From assembly GCA_002189035.1 (NCBI GenBank), contig NEEC01000012.1, positions 3,100,001 through 3,164,000 of the forward strand: 64,000 bases of DNA, given 5' to 3'. Made by a program: the position numbers and the translations under genes. Numbering within the stretch: position 1 is the first letter of the stretch; each line of letters begins with the position of its first letter. The notes beneath the pieces were generated by a model. The model ran no database searches and was not told the DNA's origin. It saw only the letters and a program-made list of their open reading frames with translations. This DNA is from Utricularia gibba. Its lineage: Eukaryota > Plantae > Magnoliophyta. Positions 63,645 to 64,000 of the stretch are shown piece by piece.

Positions 63645-64000
63645 CTAGAAATCGTCGCCGCCATAGTCACCTGCCTCGAAGTCGTCTTCGACCCGTTCCG
63701 CCGCCTCGTCGGCGATGTGATCCTCCAGTTTATCGAACCCCTCGGCTAGCGCCAGGCCTCCCAGGGCGCCGGCCACTGCACCGACCGCCAGTCCCGTTCC
63801 CATCCCCCCAAATTTGCTCTTCTTCTTCTCCTCGTACACGGGCGCTGGCTGCTGCTGCTGCCCGTAGTACCCTCCCTGCTGCTGCTGCTGCCCATAGTAA
63901 CCGCCGTGGACTGCGTAGCTCGGCGCTGGGGGCCGTAGGCAGATCCCGGATATCCAGAAGGCGGCGCAGCGTACGGCACCGCGTCGTGTGGTCTTCCGTA
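63645..64000 (-). CDS. 3' end of an SRC2-like C2-domain protein (partial; probable frameshift at 63928-63932)
   Basis: P/Y/G/Q-rich linker, then [49 protein letters not shown]...DDF*. Confidence 0.82.
   Translation of the reverse strand, partial: RKTTRRGAVRCAAFWISGICLRPPAPSYAVHGGYYGQQQQQGGYYGQQQQPAPVYEEKKKSKFGGMGTGLAVGAVAGALGGLALAEGFDKLEDHIADEAAERVEDDFEAGDYGGDDF

Overview
Gene-dense plant (eudicot-like) nuclear DNA with short introns and intergenic gaps often under 500 bp. In order: 5' exon of a GA20-oxidase (-), a frameshifted UreF pseudogene (-), a MIR399 hairpin with P1BS sites (-), a class B Hsf with a uORF and HSE (-), a membrane steroid-binding protein (-), MSH3 (-), a full-length Ty3/Tekay chromovirus LTR element (-, 11027-18106), remorin (-), an NT-C2/coiled-coil protein (+), a GH35 beta-galactosidase (-), an LTI65/RD29/CAP160-like gene (+) flanked by two unannotated homologous small ORFs in opposite orientation, a DUF3511 gene (-), TPP2 (-), an AT-rich tract holding a tandemly duplicated kinesin-10 C-terminal relic (+), a second near-identical truncated copy of the retrotransposon (-, 53728-60228), a DCR-like BAHD acyltransferase (-) and the 3' end of an SRC2-like gene (-). 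Five otherwise intact ORFs are broken by apparent 1-nt deletions in G/C homopolymers, most likely consensus errors. All family names come from manual translation and motif recall; no database search was run.
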